Shown: piece by piece, positions 8,241 through 21,631 of the stretch | Position numbering within the stretch: position 1 is the stretch's first letter | Layout: the number at the start of each line of letters is the position of its first letter | DNA from: Harriotta raleighana | Taxonomy: Eukaryota | Direction: 5' to 3' | DNA length: 64,000 nt | NCBI GenBank assembly: GCA_050575255.1 | Contig: JBNZDD010013634.1 | Span: 1,469,269 to 1,533,268, forward strand | Program-made: the position numbers and the translations under genes | The notes under the pieces: generated by a model | Databases searched by the model: none | What the model was told of the DNA's origin: nothing | The model's input: only the letters and a program-made list of their open reading frames with translations

Positions 8241-11200
8241 AAATTACTTCAACCCCCTCCCCATTTGAGATGAACAATGCAACTGCCTTTACAAACATCC
8301 ACATGAACTGGATTTAAAACATTCTGTACACATGTGTGGTGGCGAGCAGGAAGATGATGTAGACACAGAAGAAATTATTGGATGTACTTTATACACAGAC
8401 TGATCAAACTCCTGTTGTAAGGATTTAACTTTGTTGGTATGATTGAATGCTGATTATTGAGTGCATGCAGCAATTTAGAATTTATGGATGAAGTGGCTAG
8501 ACAGACATTTAGAATCAGTCTGCCATGAAGAGTTGACCTGAGAAAATAAGATTGGCAATTAGAAATGAGCTTCCTTTTTTAAAAAAAAACCCACCTAAAT
8601 ACAGTTAGTTGGCTTTGTGCTGGAAGTATCTAGGATATCAATTTGGAGTTGGAAACCAATATTGTCGCACAATATGAGGCACTTAGTGTGATCATGATCA
8701 TTGGTTAGACGGTGTACTGATGTAAGTAAGCAACCACAAGTGTAGAGAAAATTTGAAATGTCTAGACATGAAAAGTGCAATGTCAAATGATTTTTTTTCT
8801 TGATACTCAAAGTTGATCAAGCTAAAACTCGCGGACATAGAGGCAAGAGGAATAATCCTTTTGTATATTGAAATACTGGCGAAACAGCTTTCTCTTTCTG
8901 AATTGAACAGTCTCTTGAGAGTTGCTTTGCAATGGTGTTATATTGCAATAGAATTACATAAGGGGAAACTAATTCGCAATTGCATCCATTTGCTGATCAA
9001 TAAATCTTACCTTCCACTGCGCTTCTATAAGGTGCCATTTCCCCGAACTGTAGTTGTATCAGTGTTAGGATGTGATACAGCATCATTCACATTCGGAGGG
9101 TATCGCAAAGTACATCGCAGGATAATGTAATGAGTGATCGGTATACTGCAAGTAAGCTGTATGGTAAACTTGCATTTAACCCAAATATACAAGGGTGTGT
9201 TAACTATTGTCTAACTGCCATGTTAATTCCCCATAGGATTCGAAGCTAAAGTTCTGCATTATGGAAGACTATCCATCTGTGTTACATACTTGTATATGGG
9301 TTTAATGCAATTTTTGTTTTATAGAGTGGCTTTCTCGTCGGTTGGACGCCTGAATGCGTGTTTCTATATGCACTGGAAACTTGTAAATCTATTAAACTTC
9401 ATTCTAAACATTTTGGGATCAGGAGTCAATTTTGTCTATTGTGGTCTGGATGATGTTAGTTCCCCATTGGAGCTATCTGCCATTTCACATCTGGATAATC
9501 CCATTTTCTGTTCCCTCTTCTGGATATTCAATTCTTATCCATTGTACAGGTACTTGACATTGGCCTTTTGTCTGAATACTTTGGCAGTACCTTCCTTGTC
9601 ATTTCACTGTAGTACAATCAGGTGTGATCATTTACATTACAGTTTGTGCTGTAGAGTTTAATGTCGTCGGTACTAGTTATAATCCAATTGTTAGGATTTC
9701 ATAGCAAGAAGCCCATTTGGCCCAGATTCCTGCTGTCTTGTATCCTTTTGTATTCAGCTTCAAACTATCTCTAGTGAAAAATAACTTGCTTCTAAATCTC
9801 TGCTCATGCAGCTCTTGAATCAACCATTCCCATCCTGTTTCTGAGGAGGATGCCAAGCACCTATACACTCATGAATTTTTTTTTCCTCAACGCAGTCAGG
9901 ATCCACAATCTATGCGTTTAGTATGATGCCGTCAGTGAAGTTGTACCAAAAAGATTCACAACTGCCTCTTAATTCAGCAATCGTGATTGCAAACTCCCAA
10001 GAGCAAGACATTGTGCTTAGAAATTCTCATTGAATACATGATAACTTTTAAATACCCTATTTTAGCAGCAATGTAATGTGCTGCAGTGGTGCAGTCTCTG
10101 TAATGGCTAAGCAGCAACCAATTACCATTGCTGGCCAGTGTGGGCCTTATTATCTCGATTGCCAGTAAATGAAATCCCAGATGAATGGCGTTTGATCCTG
10201 ACAATTTCGGTGAGATGCCTCCAGCTTTGAAAGTTTCTTCCCGCCCCCGCAACCCTGTACCTAATCAACCAAATGGGTGTAAGTGATGAAAAGAATACAC
10301 ACTGTAGTAAAATTATAACGATTTCAACGCAAAGTCCATTTTGAGAATATTAATGGAGTATTTGCCCTCTAAGAGGATGTGTGTTGTAATTTTGTGCTGC
10401 ATTAGCCTAAATAGTTCAAATAAAAGTGCCATTCTCCTAAGGGTGCACAAAGCTGCTTTATGGGTTATTTCACGATGTAATAATGGCAACATACTCCTGA
10501 CATTTAAAAAAAAATGCCTCTTTTGGCTTTAAGACGTGCGTGCATCCCAACGGATAAACTCTCTGATGTTTCTTTTGCCTGACACATTGTTTGAAATGAA
10601 GTGAAGGCATCGCTAAATCCCATGCACACTTCCAGTTCTCCAGCCTTTTCATTTTGTTATGCATCGCCAGAACTTAACGAGAAAGCTGAAGAATCCGATC
10701 CCTGCATGCTTGTGATAAGCCCTAAATACAGCACTTTCATTGATTGCCAGAATGAAGCATTTTGTATGCAAATGAAGTATGGATTGGCAGAGCTGATGTG
10801 GCTGGGATGGAAAATAATAAACATATACCCCCTTGAATAGAATGTTTGCGTAAGCTGTTAGTTAACTTTGAACAGGAAAGTGCTCTTGCCTTATTTTAAT
10901 AATTTAGAGCTGTTTTCCTTTACGGTGGGTGTTCTGCTCTTTTTATTAAACTGTAAATGTTTTGAGATAAATAAGCGCATTGTTAACATTACTGGGCTTT
11001 ATTTCACAATGATTTATATGAAACAAGAACAATAAAAATAACACTGACAATGACCATCTTTCAAAAGCTGCCCTTGCAACGACGTAAAACGAGCTGCAAA
11101 AATTTGCATCGAAGTGTACTGAACCCTGGAATGCCTGTGTGTTGAGCACTTGTATATATGCTCAGGCCGTTGAATCTCTTGTCAGTGTGTACGGGGAAAA

Positions 11201-12097
11201 ATACCTAGCTTCATGTTTAAACCGCATCTATAATAACCCATTTCAGAAAGCAGCTCATCATAGACCAGCGCTCTGGTAATTTAGAGTCAAGACGCAATCG
11301 TTAATTTAATGTTATCACTGAGGTTAGGAGGTCATTATTGATAGGTGGTCCCTATGATGGATTTTAGTGTATTACAGGGGCTCACAATACTTTATAATTG
11401 TCTAGATTGCTTAGTGTCCAGTGACGCATTGAATGGTCAAACCAAACGATGGTTTTTTTGAATTGTACGTGCTATCACAGCTGCTGTTAATGACATGCAC
11501 CTGCCAATTCAGCTTTACATTAGAGCAGGAAACAGATTGAGAATTTTAGAAGCTCTAATTGGTTGCCCGGCAGGCACGAATTTCAGGTATGCATCCAAAC
11601 AATATGGTTTGAAGCATTACCATAGGGATCTCTGAATTGTTTAAGCAGCAGGCTGTGTTATGAAAGAGAGAACCTTGAGGTGACTGAGGCATTGAGCTTC
11701 CATTTCAAATGAGGCAAATGATTTGATCACTTTTGTTTTTAACTGTAACAGTTAAAAATAACTCTTGCTGCCTTCTGTAGGCCCTCAATGCCTCTACCTT
11801 TTCCTTGGTTTATACCTATCAAATGGACTTGTTTTCCGATAAGCTTGCCTACCGCCAGTGATTGGCGTCTAAGTGTTCATTGGTTAAAAATCTCGCCAAT
11901 TACGAGTCACGTTATGACTCATCAGTATTTTGGTTTGTGTTAACTTATTGGTCAAATAACTATTTAGTGTAAGTTTTGAAAAGCTGTTAAGATTTGAATA
12001 ATGGAGGGCAAGTGTATCACCTGATTTAGAATAATGTTGCTGAGGTTAGTTGACTAGTTTTGGCTGGGAAAAAGGTTTAGAGTAAAGATACAGATCT

Positions 12098-12228
12098 GGC
12101 TGTGCGCAATTAGCTGCAGCATGTTGCCCACATAATATACAGTCAATTCACTTTACAATATATTTTGAGACGTCTCGAAGATGCAATAAGGCACTATATC
12201 AAATGCAAGTGGTTACTTTTTATTATTA
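12098..12228 (+). mobile_element. SINE 3' half
   Basis: CAGTCAATTCACTTTACA...GAGACGTCTCGAAGATGCAATAAGGCACTATATCAAATGCAAG. Confidence 0.75.
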
Positions 12229-12249
12229 CATGTAACTGATGATGAACAA

Positions 12250-12497
12250 CTGGGGGATTTTCAACCGGTCGATCACCGCTAGGTGGTGCTCTCGTGTACA
12301 AACAAAAGGACAAGAGAGAGCAATAGAACATGGTTGTTGTGTCAAATTGAGAACTAAACCAAATTCACAAAGCATTTCATCCATCTTGAAATAAAAATTT
12401 AAAGTTTAAACTGCAGTCTGTCGCTTCTGCCTCTTGTTTTTATTGAGCCTGTTCGAGGCACCACCTAGAGTTGGAGACAAATGGTTGGAAACTCCTG
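12250..12497. mobile_element. Putative MITE (hAT/Charlie-like ends) with long imperfect terminal inverted repeats
   Basis: Left end GGGGATTTTCAACC..GCTAGGTGGTGCTCTCG..ACAAGAG; right end CTCTTGT..CGAGGCACCACCTAGAG..GGTTGGAAACTCCTG; no target-site duplication recognised. Confidence 0.55.
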
Positions 12498-12689
12498 GAT
12501 TTGTGGGACAAGAGAGCTGGATAATCCTTAAGAGGCTATTTGATAAATAACTTAAGTTCTTAATACGTCCTCTTAGCTGATCAAAATAACTTATAGTGTG
12601 GAAGTTTTAGTGGCAACAAAATTAAACTTTTTTTTCTGAATGTAGATTCCAAAAGGATATTGGCCATAGATACAGTATTGGATATAAGC

Positions 12690-12900
12690 ACCAGGAGAAC
12701 TTAAGCTTTGAAATCGTGCGGCGGGATCTTTAATATTCATCTGAACAGTCTGGCACAACCTTGTTTTAGCTCATCCGAAAGACGCATCTCTAAAAGAGCA
12801 TTCTCCCAGTACTAAATTAGTGTTTGCCTGGATTTTGAGCTCAAATCCTTGTGCGGGGTTTCAAACCACAGCCATTTGGCCCAGAGATGAGAGTGAGTCA
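12690..12900 (-). mobile_element. Degenerate Deu-domain SINE
   Basis: GGGATCTTTAATATTCATCTGAACAG..CTCATCCGAAAGACGCATCTC..CAGTACT..GCCTGGATTTTGAGCTCAAATCC matches the recalled reverse Deu domain and tRNA-like head. Confidence 0.7.
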
Positions 12901-14529
12901 GAGTACTTGGTAATTACCTATTTACGCCATAACCAAAATAATTATCAGGGAAACATCTCAACAATGGCATAAATAAATCACTGTCACCCAGGTAGGGGAG
13001 CAAAATGGTGATGCAGCAAAATGCCCCCTTTAGCAGTCACTTTTAATAAATGACAGAATTGGTATTTGAAGAAAGTTTGTCACGTGCAAGGATGGTTATT
13101 CACAAGAACATAAAATAGAAACTAGTAAAGATCAGTGGGCTGGTGGATGGCAATCTTTGGATGACAATTGGGCTCGTTTTTAATCTTAGCTTTATACAGC
13201 AGTGTGGAAGTGCATGAATCCAACACTTTTATTTTCTAACATTTGCACTTCATATTGTGAATCAAGCAGCTAACAATATCCAGCTTTGGTATCAGGTACA
13301 TGGTTTAAGTGGGAGCAGCTGTTGGGTAAGCACTGAAAGGCAGAGAGTTGAGGAACTCCTAGCTCTGGGCCCGATATTAGACACAGCCCTGCATTGAAGA
13401 GTGATTAGTGGGCCATGGAAGAAAGACGACCGTGACAAAATCAATCACCCACCCATTCTCCCAGACTAAATACCATCACTGCAAAACGGGAGAGCGGAAA
13501 CGAGAGTGAGAAAATATGGCCTTAAAAATCGAACATGAACCACATATCAATTGCACTAAATGCTCCTGTATCTACTCAGTGCACTTGCAGCAAAGCACGA
13601 CTCACAGATGCACACTGTGCCAGGACGATAATCGGAGAACATTGTTCTCAAACATCTGGCCAGCAGATAAGGTATGCCTGTATACAGATGATAATGAAAG
13701 CAGGCATCTGCAGCCCAGTGTGTTGAAAATTTCCCCAGTTTCTGAAAAGGTTTTATTTAGCCCACTGACCCTAATTGAATATTAATGAACTAATTACAGA
13801 AATATTGTTCTTCACAAATCCTGAATAGGTGATTTTTTTTAAAAAAGTGCCATTATTTTTTTTATTAATGTTTGCACAGCGTATAATTGAATCTTTGTGG
13901 CTGCCAGCAGCTGTCAGATTCACCTCTTTGAGCTGCTACAATAAACAGAATTAAAAATTTGCTGGAAGTGTGATTCATATCACTGCGGTAAGCTTGTTGG
14001 GGTTTTGCTTTCTACAATTTTTAAAGAGGCAGCGTTGCTTGCGCTGGTTCACAAACATCAAACCTACATCAACTTTCTTCTTCGGCTCATCAGCATTCAA
14101 AACATAGTTCTTTTTGTTCAAAGCCAAAGTGGTCAGAGAAGGTCAACTCCACAGAGAGCGACTCGTCTTTCCTCAATGGGTGGTGATGTCCTCTCGCCAA
14201 GTGGCCAGTAGTTGTTAAGAGCACCCTGTATCGTAGGTGGGTTCATGTGATTATCGTAAACCGGAAAAATGAGCGTTGAGCCATTAGATTTTGTGAGCGA
14301 ATTGTTTGGAACAACGAACTACTGCTGAAAATTCATGAGTAGCATCCACCATTAGAACTATAACTGTAGTCAGCGTGATTTCTTTTGGTCAGTTTTCACA
14401 CTGTTGTGCTGCTGTAGTTCTGATTGCTGTCAACTGCACATTCTGTGATCTGCGGGTATTGCTTCTACTGAGGACCTGAAGGACTGTTCTAGGGCGTGAA
14501 GGAATGATAATAATGATGGGAAGGAATGA

Positions 14530-14672
14530 TAATAATAATCATCACATTGTATATAGCGCACTCTTGTCATTGAGATGCCTTAAAGCGCTTCACAGAATAT
14601 ACTGTAAAGTGAATTGACTATATTTCTGGGCGAAACGCAAAGATTGTCCCACGCACAAACAGTTGTGGCTTG
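14530..14672 (-). mobile_element. SINE 3' half
   Basis: AAAGCGCTTCACAGAATATACTGTAAAGTGAATTGACTATATTT..GGGCGAAACGC. Confidence 0.8.
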
Positions 14673-17560
14673 AGAGTGGCACTGTTATAATGCAGCTAGT
14701 GAGGGAATAGTGCTTGTTATAATCTGAATGTGAGGGAATGTCACTGAAGAGATGGGCGACAGTATTTCAAAAGTGTTTGCAATGGTCAATTGCATCGTTC
14801 TCTTCAGAACCCATGGACAGTAAATCTCAATATTGATTACTGCCTGAAGGGCATTGATGGATTTGGGGTTTGCACAACCCACAGACGAAGGGGATGCTGA
14901 GGTGGGAAGTGAAAGGGATAGGGATTGGATTGACACATTCTGAAGACTAATACGCAGACTGTTTCGCAATCAAATAACTGGATTTTTTTCCTTACTTTAT
15001 GCCATAGGTACGAAAAATAATTTCCTTGCCCAGTGATGTGATCATTCCCGACAGTAAATTATCGCCTAATAGTCAAATTCCAGAGTGTGTAGCAATGGAG
15101 CCATGATTCCCCTTGAGAACAAATAGCATGTGGCAGTGTTAATGGTGCATTACTGAGATCCTCTCAGTCGTGGCAGAGAACATCAAAATTCACTGGCACC
15201 TGCGACTGCAGATCTGCGGATCTTTCTCATTTTATGAGGGAAGGTCATTGTTACACTTTTGATGGTGAATTATTCCCTCATTTATTCTGTGCTTTCCGAG
15301 GGCTTCTATTGAAGACGGTAGGAAATGGCAGCTATCATCTCCTGTCCCATCGTTGGTTTATAATTCATTTGCATCATCTCCGGTTTAAACGGACCTGAGA
15401 TCCGTTCGTGCTTCTTCTCCTAAAGTGGGACGCCCAACTGTCAGATGAATACAAACTTGACTCAAATAGATTTGAATCCCAAGTTGGGTTCCATGTCTAG
15501 TTGGAAGTGAATCCCGGTGATTTTTTTGCCCTACAAAGTGTCCGTTCACCCCCTGAAACCTCAATGGAGTGCACAGGAGCTTTTGGAGGCTCTGTTCAGT
15601 TTATTGAGACTGACCCTTTTCAATTGACCAGAGGGAGCATGAGGGAGATGATACATTCACAAGAGCCTATTAGTGATATTTTCCATCCCTATAGCCTAAA
15701 CTAAGGAAAAATATCCAGTTAGTTGATCCAGTTGTCCTTCACTTTGAATATCAGAGCAGCATCACCTGCTTTTCCTCCTGTCACTTCATTATAACCAAAT
15801 GCAAATTCTTCTGCATGTGCATTACCTTCTAAAATGTCTTGAATTTCCATTGAAACAGCCAGTTAATCCTCTCCGGAACTCCGAAACTATACCACCGTAG
15901 AGCTGTGCTCTCCCTCAAAGAAGTCTGGTTTCCTCTGCCTTGGAAGAGGAGAAAAATGACGCAGAATACAAGACGAGAGTTTACCATAATTTCTAGCTCT
16001 TAGCCTCGCAAAGAGCTAATAGCGTGTTAAGTGAGGCACTGTCTTTTGGAAGAAATTAGTCACAACATTGTCTTTTCTTCCCAAGAATGCCCGGAGCAGC
16101 TGGTTATTTGAAGGTTTTTTTTATTCTTTTAGGTTTCTTTATTAGGCTCATAAATGCACAGCAAGATGGTTTAGTCTGTGTCACAGTGGTGCCAGTCATG
16201 CCAAGAGAACATAATTTACGTTGGAAACATGCGCTCCATCCCTTGCACGATGTTGTCGTGATGTGCAGATTCCCTCATTTCTTTCCCTTCCAAAATAATG
16301 ATGACTTGAGTTCCACCATCAAATGCTGAAGCGTGCTTATTGTTCTTGAGGAAGCTTGAGAGTGACCCGCTGTCTCATTACACCCGGGAGGAATAATTTT
16401 ATGCATTGTACATCGCAAGTACTTTACACCCACATGATTTATGCCATGATTCTGTAGAGATTCAGTATTGCTTACCTGTGGTAGGTGTTGTATGTGTTGT
16501 CACACTAAGATTGGAGGGCGCAGTGCTGCCCAAATATCACGTCTGATTTTTGCAATGATGAAAGCAGACACGCAAAACACACCTTGTTCCCATGACATAG
16601 AATGGCATCAGAGAATATATTGGTCAAACTTTCTTGTCCTAACCTCCCATGAGAAAGAGAGCAGAGACAGAATCAGTGTCTAAACTATATAATATATATA
16701 CTTCATTACGTACATTAACCCATTAGATGTATGTAATCCATAAGATCTTTATTTCCGAAGGTGAATCAAAAATGCAAGTGAGCAGCACATTGAACAGTTT
16801 ACTGAGTAGGAGGAGCACCTCTAGGTAATATAAGTGAAGGTATATTTCAACTTGCTGCCTGCTTATTAGCATGTGGAGATCTAATTGGTTTGTATAAGCC
16901 AGTCCACTCTATTCAAGTATGCATACAGAGAAAGCTTCAACTACCTCAAAAGTCGCTCCCCGCCTCCCTCACCCCAGCTGTTATCTTTGTGTGGACCTTG
17001 GCCCATTAAATGTGTACGGAAAAGTTCAGTTGATTACAATGCAGGGGCGGATTAGTGCCATGACTTATTAAAACAGTTACCACAAATGGGATCCTTACTC
17101 CTTTGCTCTCTTGGAACTTTTGCTGATGCTTGTCAGGCCTGTCTCCGTGCTGGAGGGGGGAGGCGGAGGGAACAATTGGCACGCCAATTTATTCTGCTTA
17201 CTGAATCCAGCAATCGTGTTCCGCATTACCAAACTCTCCTTGACTTCTGGATGGATATGATCACGCTGACGAGAGAGACACTAACTTTACTCAACTAAAA
17301 ATACGAAAAATAACGTCACTCTGCACTGCATTAGGGAATTGATATGAATGTCCTTAGGAGGTCTTTATCTGTTCAAATCAACTCAGTCTGTGGGAGCTTT
17401 TCAAATAGGTGCAGATTTTAGGTTGGCAACCTTTGCACTTGAGTGCTTCATTATTCTCTTCACAGCTTATGACTCTCATGTGTATTTCTTATGTATATTT
17501 CTGTGATGTTTGTACCATATCTTCCCTCCTTTTCCTGCAAGAGCGTTTATTCGGGTTACT

Positions 17561-17865
17561 CGTCCACTGGCGAGAAGGTCAGTAACCCGAGGGCAGCGAT
17601 CTAAAATGGTTGTTGAAAGGAGGGGAGGTGAGGAGAAATTTTTTCACTCAGCAAACTGTTTGGGTCTGGAATGCATTGCCTGAAAGGGTAGTTGAAGCTG
17701 ATTCGATAACTTTTAAGAGAGAAGTAGATAATTATTTGGGGAGGATACGTTTGCAGGGTTATGGGGAGAGAGCAGAGAAGTGGGATTGATTTTGACAGCT
17801 CTTTTCGAACGGCTGGCACAGACACTATGGGCCAAATGGCCTCCCGTGCTAATTTGATGCTTCTA
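17561..17865 (+). mobile_element. CR1 LINE 3' fragment, decayed
   Basis: Homologous to about 27470-27780 (VTRG.., FFTQ.., AFKRE-like codons); 3' UTR motif ATGGGCCAAATGGCCTCC. Confidence 0.85.
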
Positions 17866-20800
17866 GTGACGATGAGAAATCTCAGACATCTCTAAAGAAA
17901 CTTTCTGTACCTTCTTACGACCACCACATGATTGTACTAAAACAAAACTCTGCACAGAGGCATTCTCTTTGAAGAGGTGTCCTTGCTTTGATTTATAATG
18001 AGAATTTCTTGCCGTATGTGTCATTGTGTATTTTTACAGCAACTCGTGGTGCTCAATAGATTGCTTAGTTTATTAGCATAATTGGCACGTTTTGAATGCT
18101 AATTGCTATTCCATTCAAAATAGGATGCAAGGCTAAATAACACATTTAGCTAGACCTTACCTCCAGTCTTCCAAGGCATCTTTGATCCTCAACAAAAAAA
18201 AACTGCCCGATCAACGCACCATGGAGTTGAAGAGCCAATTTCTTCACAGCCGTTGTTGGAAAGAAAGAAAATGATTTGCACTCTAGCCATTCTGATAATT
18301 AGAAATATATGATGTATATAATCACTAACTATGTATAACCTATAGATTCACAACAAGAACTTGCATTTATATAGTGTTAATATCTAGGAGTGCTTCACAA
18401 GGACAGAATAGGACACTCAATGAGGGAGGGGAGAGGGAGGCAGCCTTAAGTGCAGCACTTAAGTAGAGGAGGTGAGATGGTGTAGAGGGAGGGAGTTGCA
18501 GAGGTTTGAGGTGCAGGATGGGCACATGTAGCCGTGTCCACAGCTGCTATTTTTGCATTCATTCTTTAACATAATCTCTGTTAGATACACATTTTAAAAG
18601 TGTTGGGCTTTCTCCGCTAATATGATCTGAGTTCCTTGCTGCAAATGCTGATTCAAAAACCCCAAGCGTAAATAATTAAAGCTGCGAACAATTACATCTA
18701 AACATTTTAATTAATCTGCCCTGTATAAATAATTAAAACATTGCAGCACCAAAATGTTTTAATTTATCTGCCTGGCTATTCGGGTAGTTGATGCAAAGAT
18801 GGAGCGGTTCAAACAAATGCTGGTGGGATGTGCTTTACAGTGGACCACGATGGGTTGATCTGAACTGATAATCTCCGAGCGCTGGGGCTTTTACTAAGGG
18901 GTGTGAGAGGGGGAGGGTCAATCAGGCAATAGTTCCTGTAACATTCAGCAAAAGCCTGTTCTGAAATTTAACTATAACACTAGTCATCTTGGCCGCTGGG
19001 GACAGTTTGTGTTGCAGTAGATGCTAAATTAGGTGCAGAGCAGATTGCTGCAATATTGTTTACCAAGTGCTCCGTGTTTATTAAAACTGATAATTTGTTT
19101 TTCTCATGTAGTTGTCTCATGCCTGAATGCACAGGACTTGCAGAGGTGTCGTTTTGCCCTCTTCAATTCCACTTGCAGATCTTCCCACTTTCCCCATTTA
19201 TTTCAGAGGGTGACCCACATTGGTCACCAAGTTAGTGCTGGTCTCTGAGATAGGCGTGATTTGCATCAAATTCAGTGCAACAGGAGCCAGGATTTTTTTT
19301 TTTAATGTTTTCTCGCCTCCCCTCATTCTTCTTGATCATGTGTTTTGGGGGTGTTATGCACTGGTCAGCAGAGTGTTCGACACATGTGGAAACTCATGCC
19401 ACCACCGTGCTTAAGAGTATCCAAATCAAATCGAGAATTCCATGCATCCCACACCCACACCATGGGAATTCCAGAGATAGATTGTTGGAATGGAACGTGC
19501 GCTCTCTCCCTGGAGGAAAGCATCCTGCTTACCGAATTCCAGAAAGTATCAGGCACAGGTTGGCAAGAGCCAAGGCTTAGGGACCCCAGAGTGTGCATTG
19601 GGATACTGCTGAATTTTAACCAGCTGAGCCTGTCATTGATATTGCTGTCTGACGAGCTTTCCCGCTGCTTGTCCAGCTAGCACCACTCTATTGGTTAGGG
19701 CTTTGGCTTACAGGGTTATTAGATGACCCGGATTCCACCAGTGTGGTCGGACTCTGATCCAGGCTGATTTTCAAAGCAGTCTGAAGTTTCTGAAACTCGG
19801 TTGCCTCTCAGCAAAGTTCACTCATGATTCTTCTTGCTTGCCTTGAGAATGTGCCCTTCACCTCCCTCCCTTCCATGCTCCCTTGCTCCTTCTTGTGGCT
19901 GACTCTCATCGTTACACAGAGGTTACTTATCCTTGACTGATGTATGGGGACCAGGTGTAGAAAACTGGTGTCAAAATCATTCTTTGTTACTTATCGAACG
20001 TGTGAGAGTTATTGTACACTCAGACACGGTACTTGCAAACTTCATGCTTTTTTTTACTCCCGCTTCACTTTTTTTCGGCTGGATGTTTCAGAATCAAGGG
20101 CAGGGAGGGTTTCAAATTCTGCTCAGCCCTTTGCAGATGATGCATACACATTGGTTAAAAACAAATTTGTGATCGGGTTATGCTACAGGGCAGGGCAGTG
20201 AAAGGAGAAGCTTTGGAAAATCTTAAGGCAAATAGCAGAACACGTTCTTAAAGGAAATAAGGTGACAAAGGAGGGAGAGCGAACAAAAAGGAGGAATCAT
20301 AAACATTGCACCAGACAAGCAAGTTATCTAGAGAGCAGCAGTAACACAGTATTGTATAATGGGCTAAAATAGGTGTTTGGACGAAGACTAATTTAGAAAC
20401 CGGTGACCTATTGATTGAACGAATTTAAACCAAAGTACAGTTCTGGCATATGGCTGAGTATGTTGACATTTAATCAGAGGTAAGTACGTAATGTTTATTA
20501 ATAGCTTAACTTGTGCATTGTGTGTGACCTGTATCCTAAGCTCAACAAAACCCAGTATCGGTAATGAAGTCACATTACATTTGCATCTCAGTGTGAGCAC
20601 AGTGTATGTAAGAGCAGCTTCATTCCGCAACTAAACTCCAGAGTGTAATGCAAGGAAGGTTGAGCGAGAAGTGCCTTTAATTAGGTAAAGGTAGTCATTT
20701 CAGCATAAGTGCTTGTCAAAAGAGGACATTGAGGGGGAAAAAAAATGAATGGAGAGCCATTACTGAACCTTTCTGCTACGGCTTAGTGTTCCTCTGGTTA

Positions 20801-21387
20801 ACAGAATAACTAAGCTGTCCGTGTATTCCTCTAATAGAGATCCTCTAACAGAAAGCTTATCATTAGCTTAACAAGAGGACATTGCCCCTTTCAAAAGGGA
20901 GCACTGCTCTTAGAAAATGTGTTTAGCTATTTTGTTCAAAACAAATGACAAAGCAGCAGAAATTGTCGAAGCATATTGTGTTTTTGGCTTATGGCTCTTA
21001 TGGCTTTGTGATGGAGGTTCTTTCTCCAAAGCAGCAAAAAAAATGTTCGCCTAACACGTTTTCAGAAAGATTTTGTCTTTCGACAGTGTATATCTCCTCC
21101 ATTCTTATGAGGTGTTTTGCCTCCTTTTTCCTTTGACTTGGGTTGGATCCATGTACTTTGTCTGAGTTGTATTTATTTGCCACCATGTGAGCATTGAGAG
21201 CAAATGTTATCAGGCTATTTGATCTCAGGGACATCATAATCAAATTTGGTTCTCTACTCACCTAATAACTTTTCTTCATCTTAGTATTTTATAAAACCAG
21301 GCTTGCAGGGTAACAGTTAGGAACCAGAATCCTAGCTGCTTTCTAGCCTGAGACATTATAATTTTGAGGCTAATTTGTAAAATTAAT

Positions 21388-21540
21388 AATTATTAATAAT
21401 AATCCTTCATTTGGTATAGCATCTTATCATGTTGTTGAGAGGTTTCAAAGCGCTTCACAGGATATACTGTAAAGTGGAATGACTATTTTGTAACAAAACA
21501 CAGCACCCAATTGCATACAGCAATGTTCCACAAACAACCA
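21388..21540 (-). mobile_element. SINE 3' half
   Basis: AATAATAATCCTTCATTTGGTATAGC..CAAAGCGCTTCACAGGATATACTGTAAAGTG. Confidence 0.8.
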
Positions 21541-21631
21541 TGTTGCTGTATTGTAATAGCAACCATGGCAGTGGACAATTTGATCATGTCAATCTGTCCA
21601 CTGCCATGGTTGCTATTACAATACAGCAACA
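21541..21631. repeat. Perfect 37-bp inverted repeat with 17-nt spacer
   Basis: TGTTGCTGTATTGTAATAGCAACCATGGCAGTGGACA (21541-21577) and its exact reverse complement (21595-21631). Confidence 0.97.

Noticed and set aside
8480-8900. Possible very old CR1 remnant (KTRGH-like codons near 8825)
   Set aside because: Too little recognisable similarity to support a call
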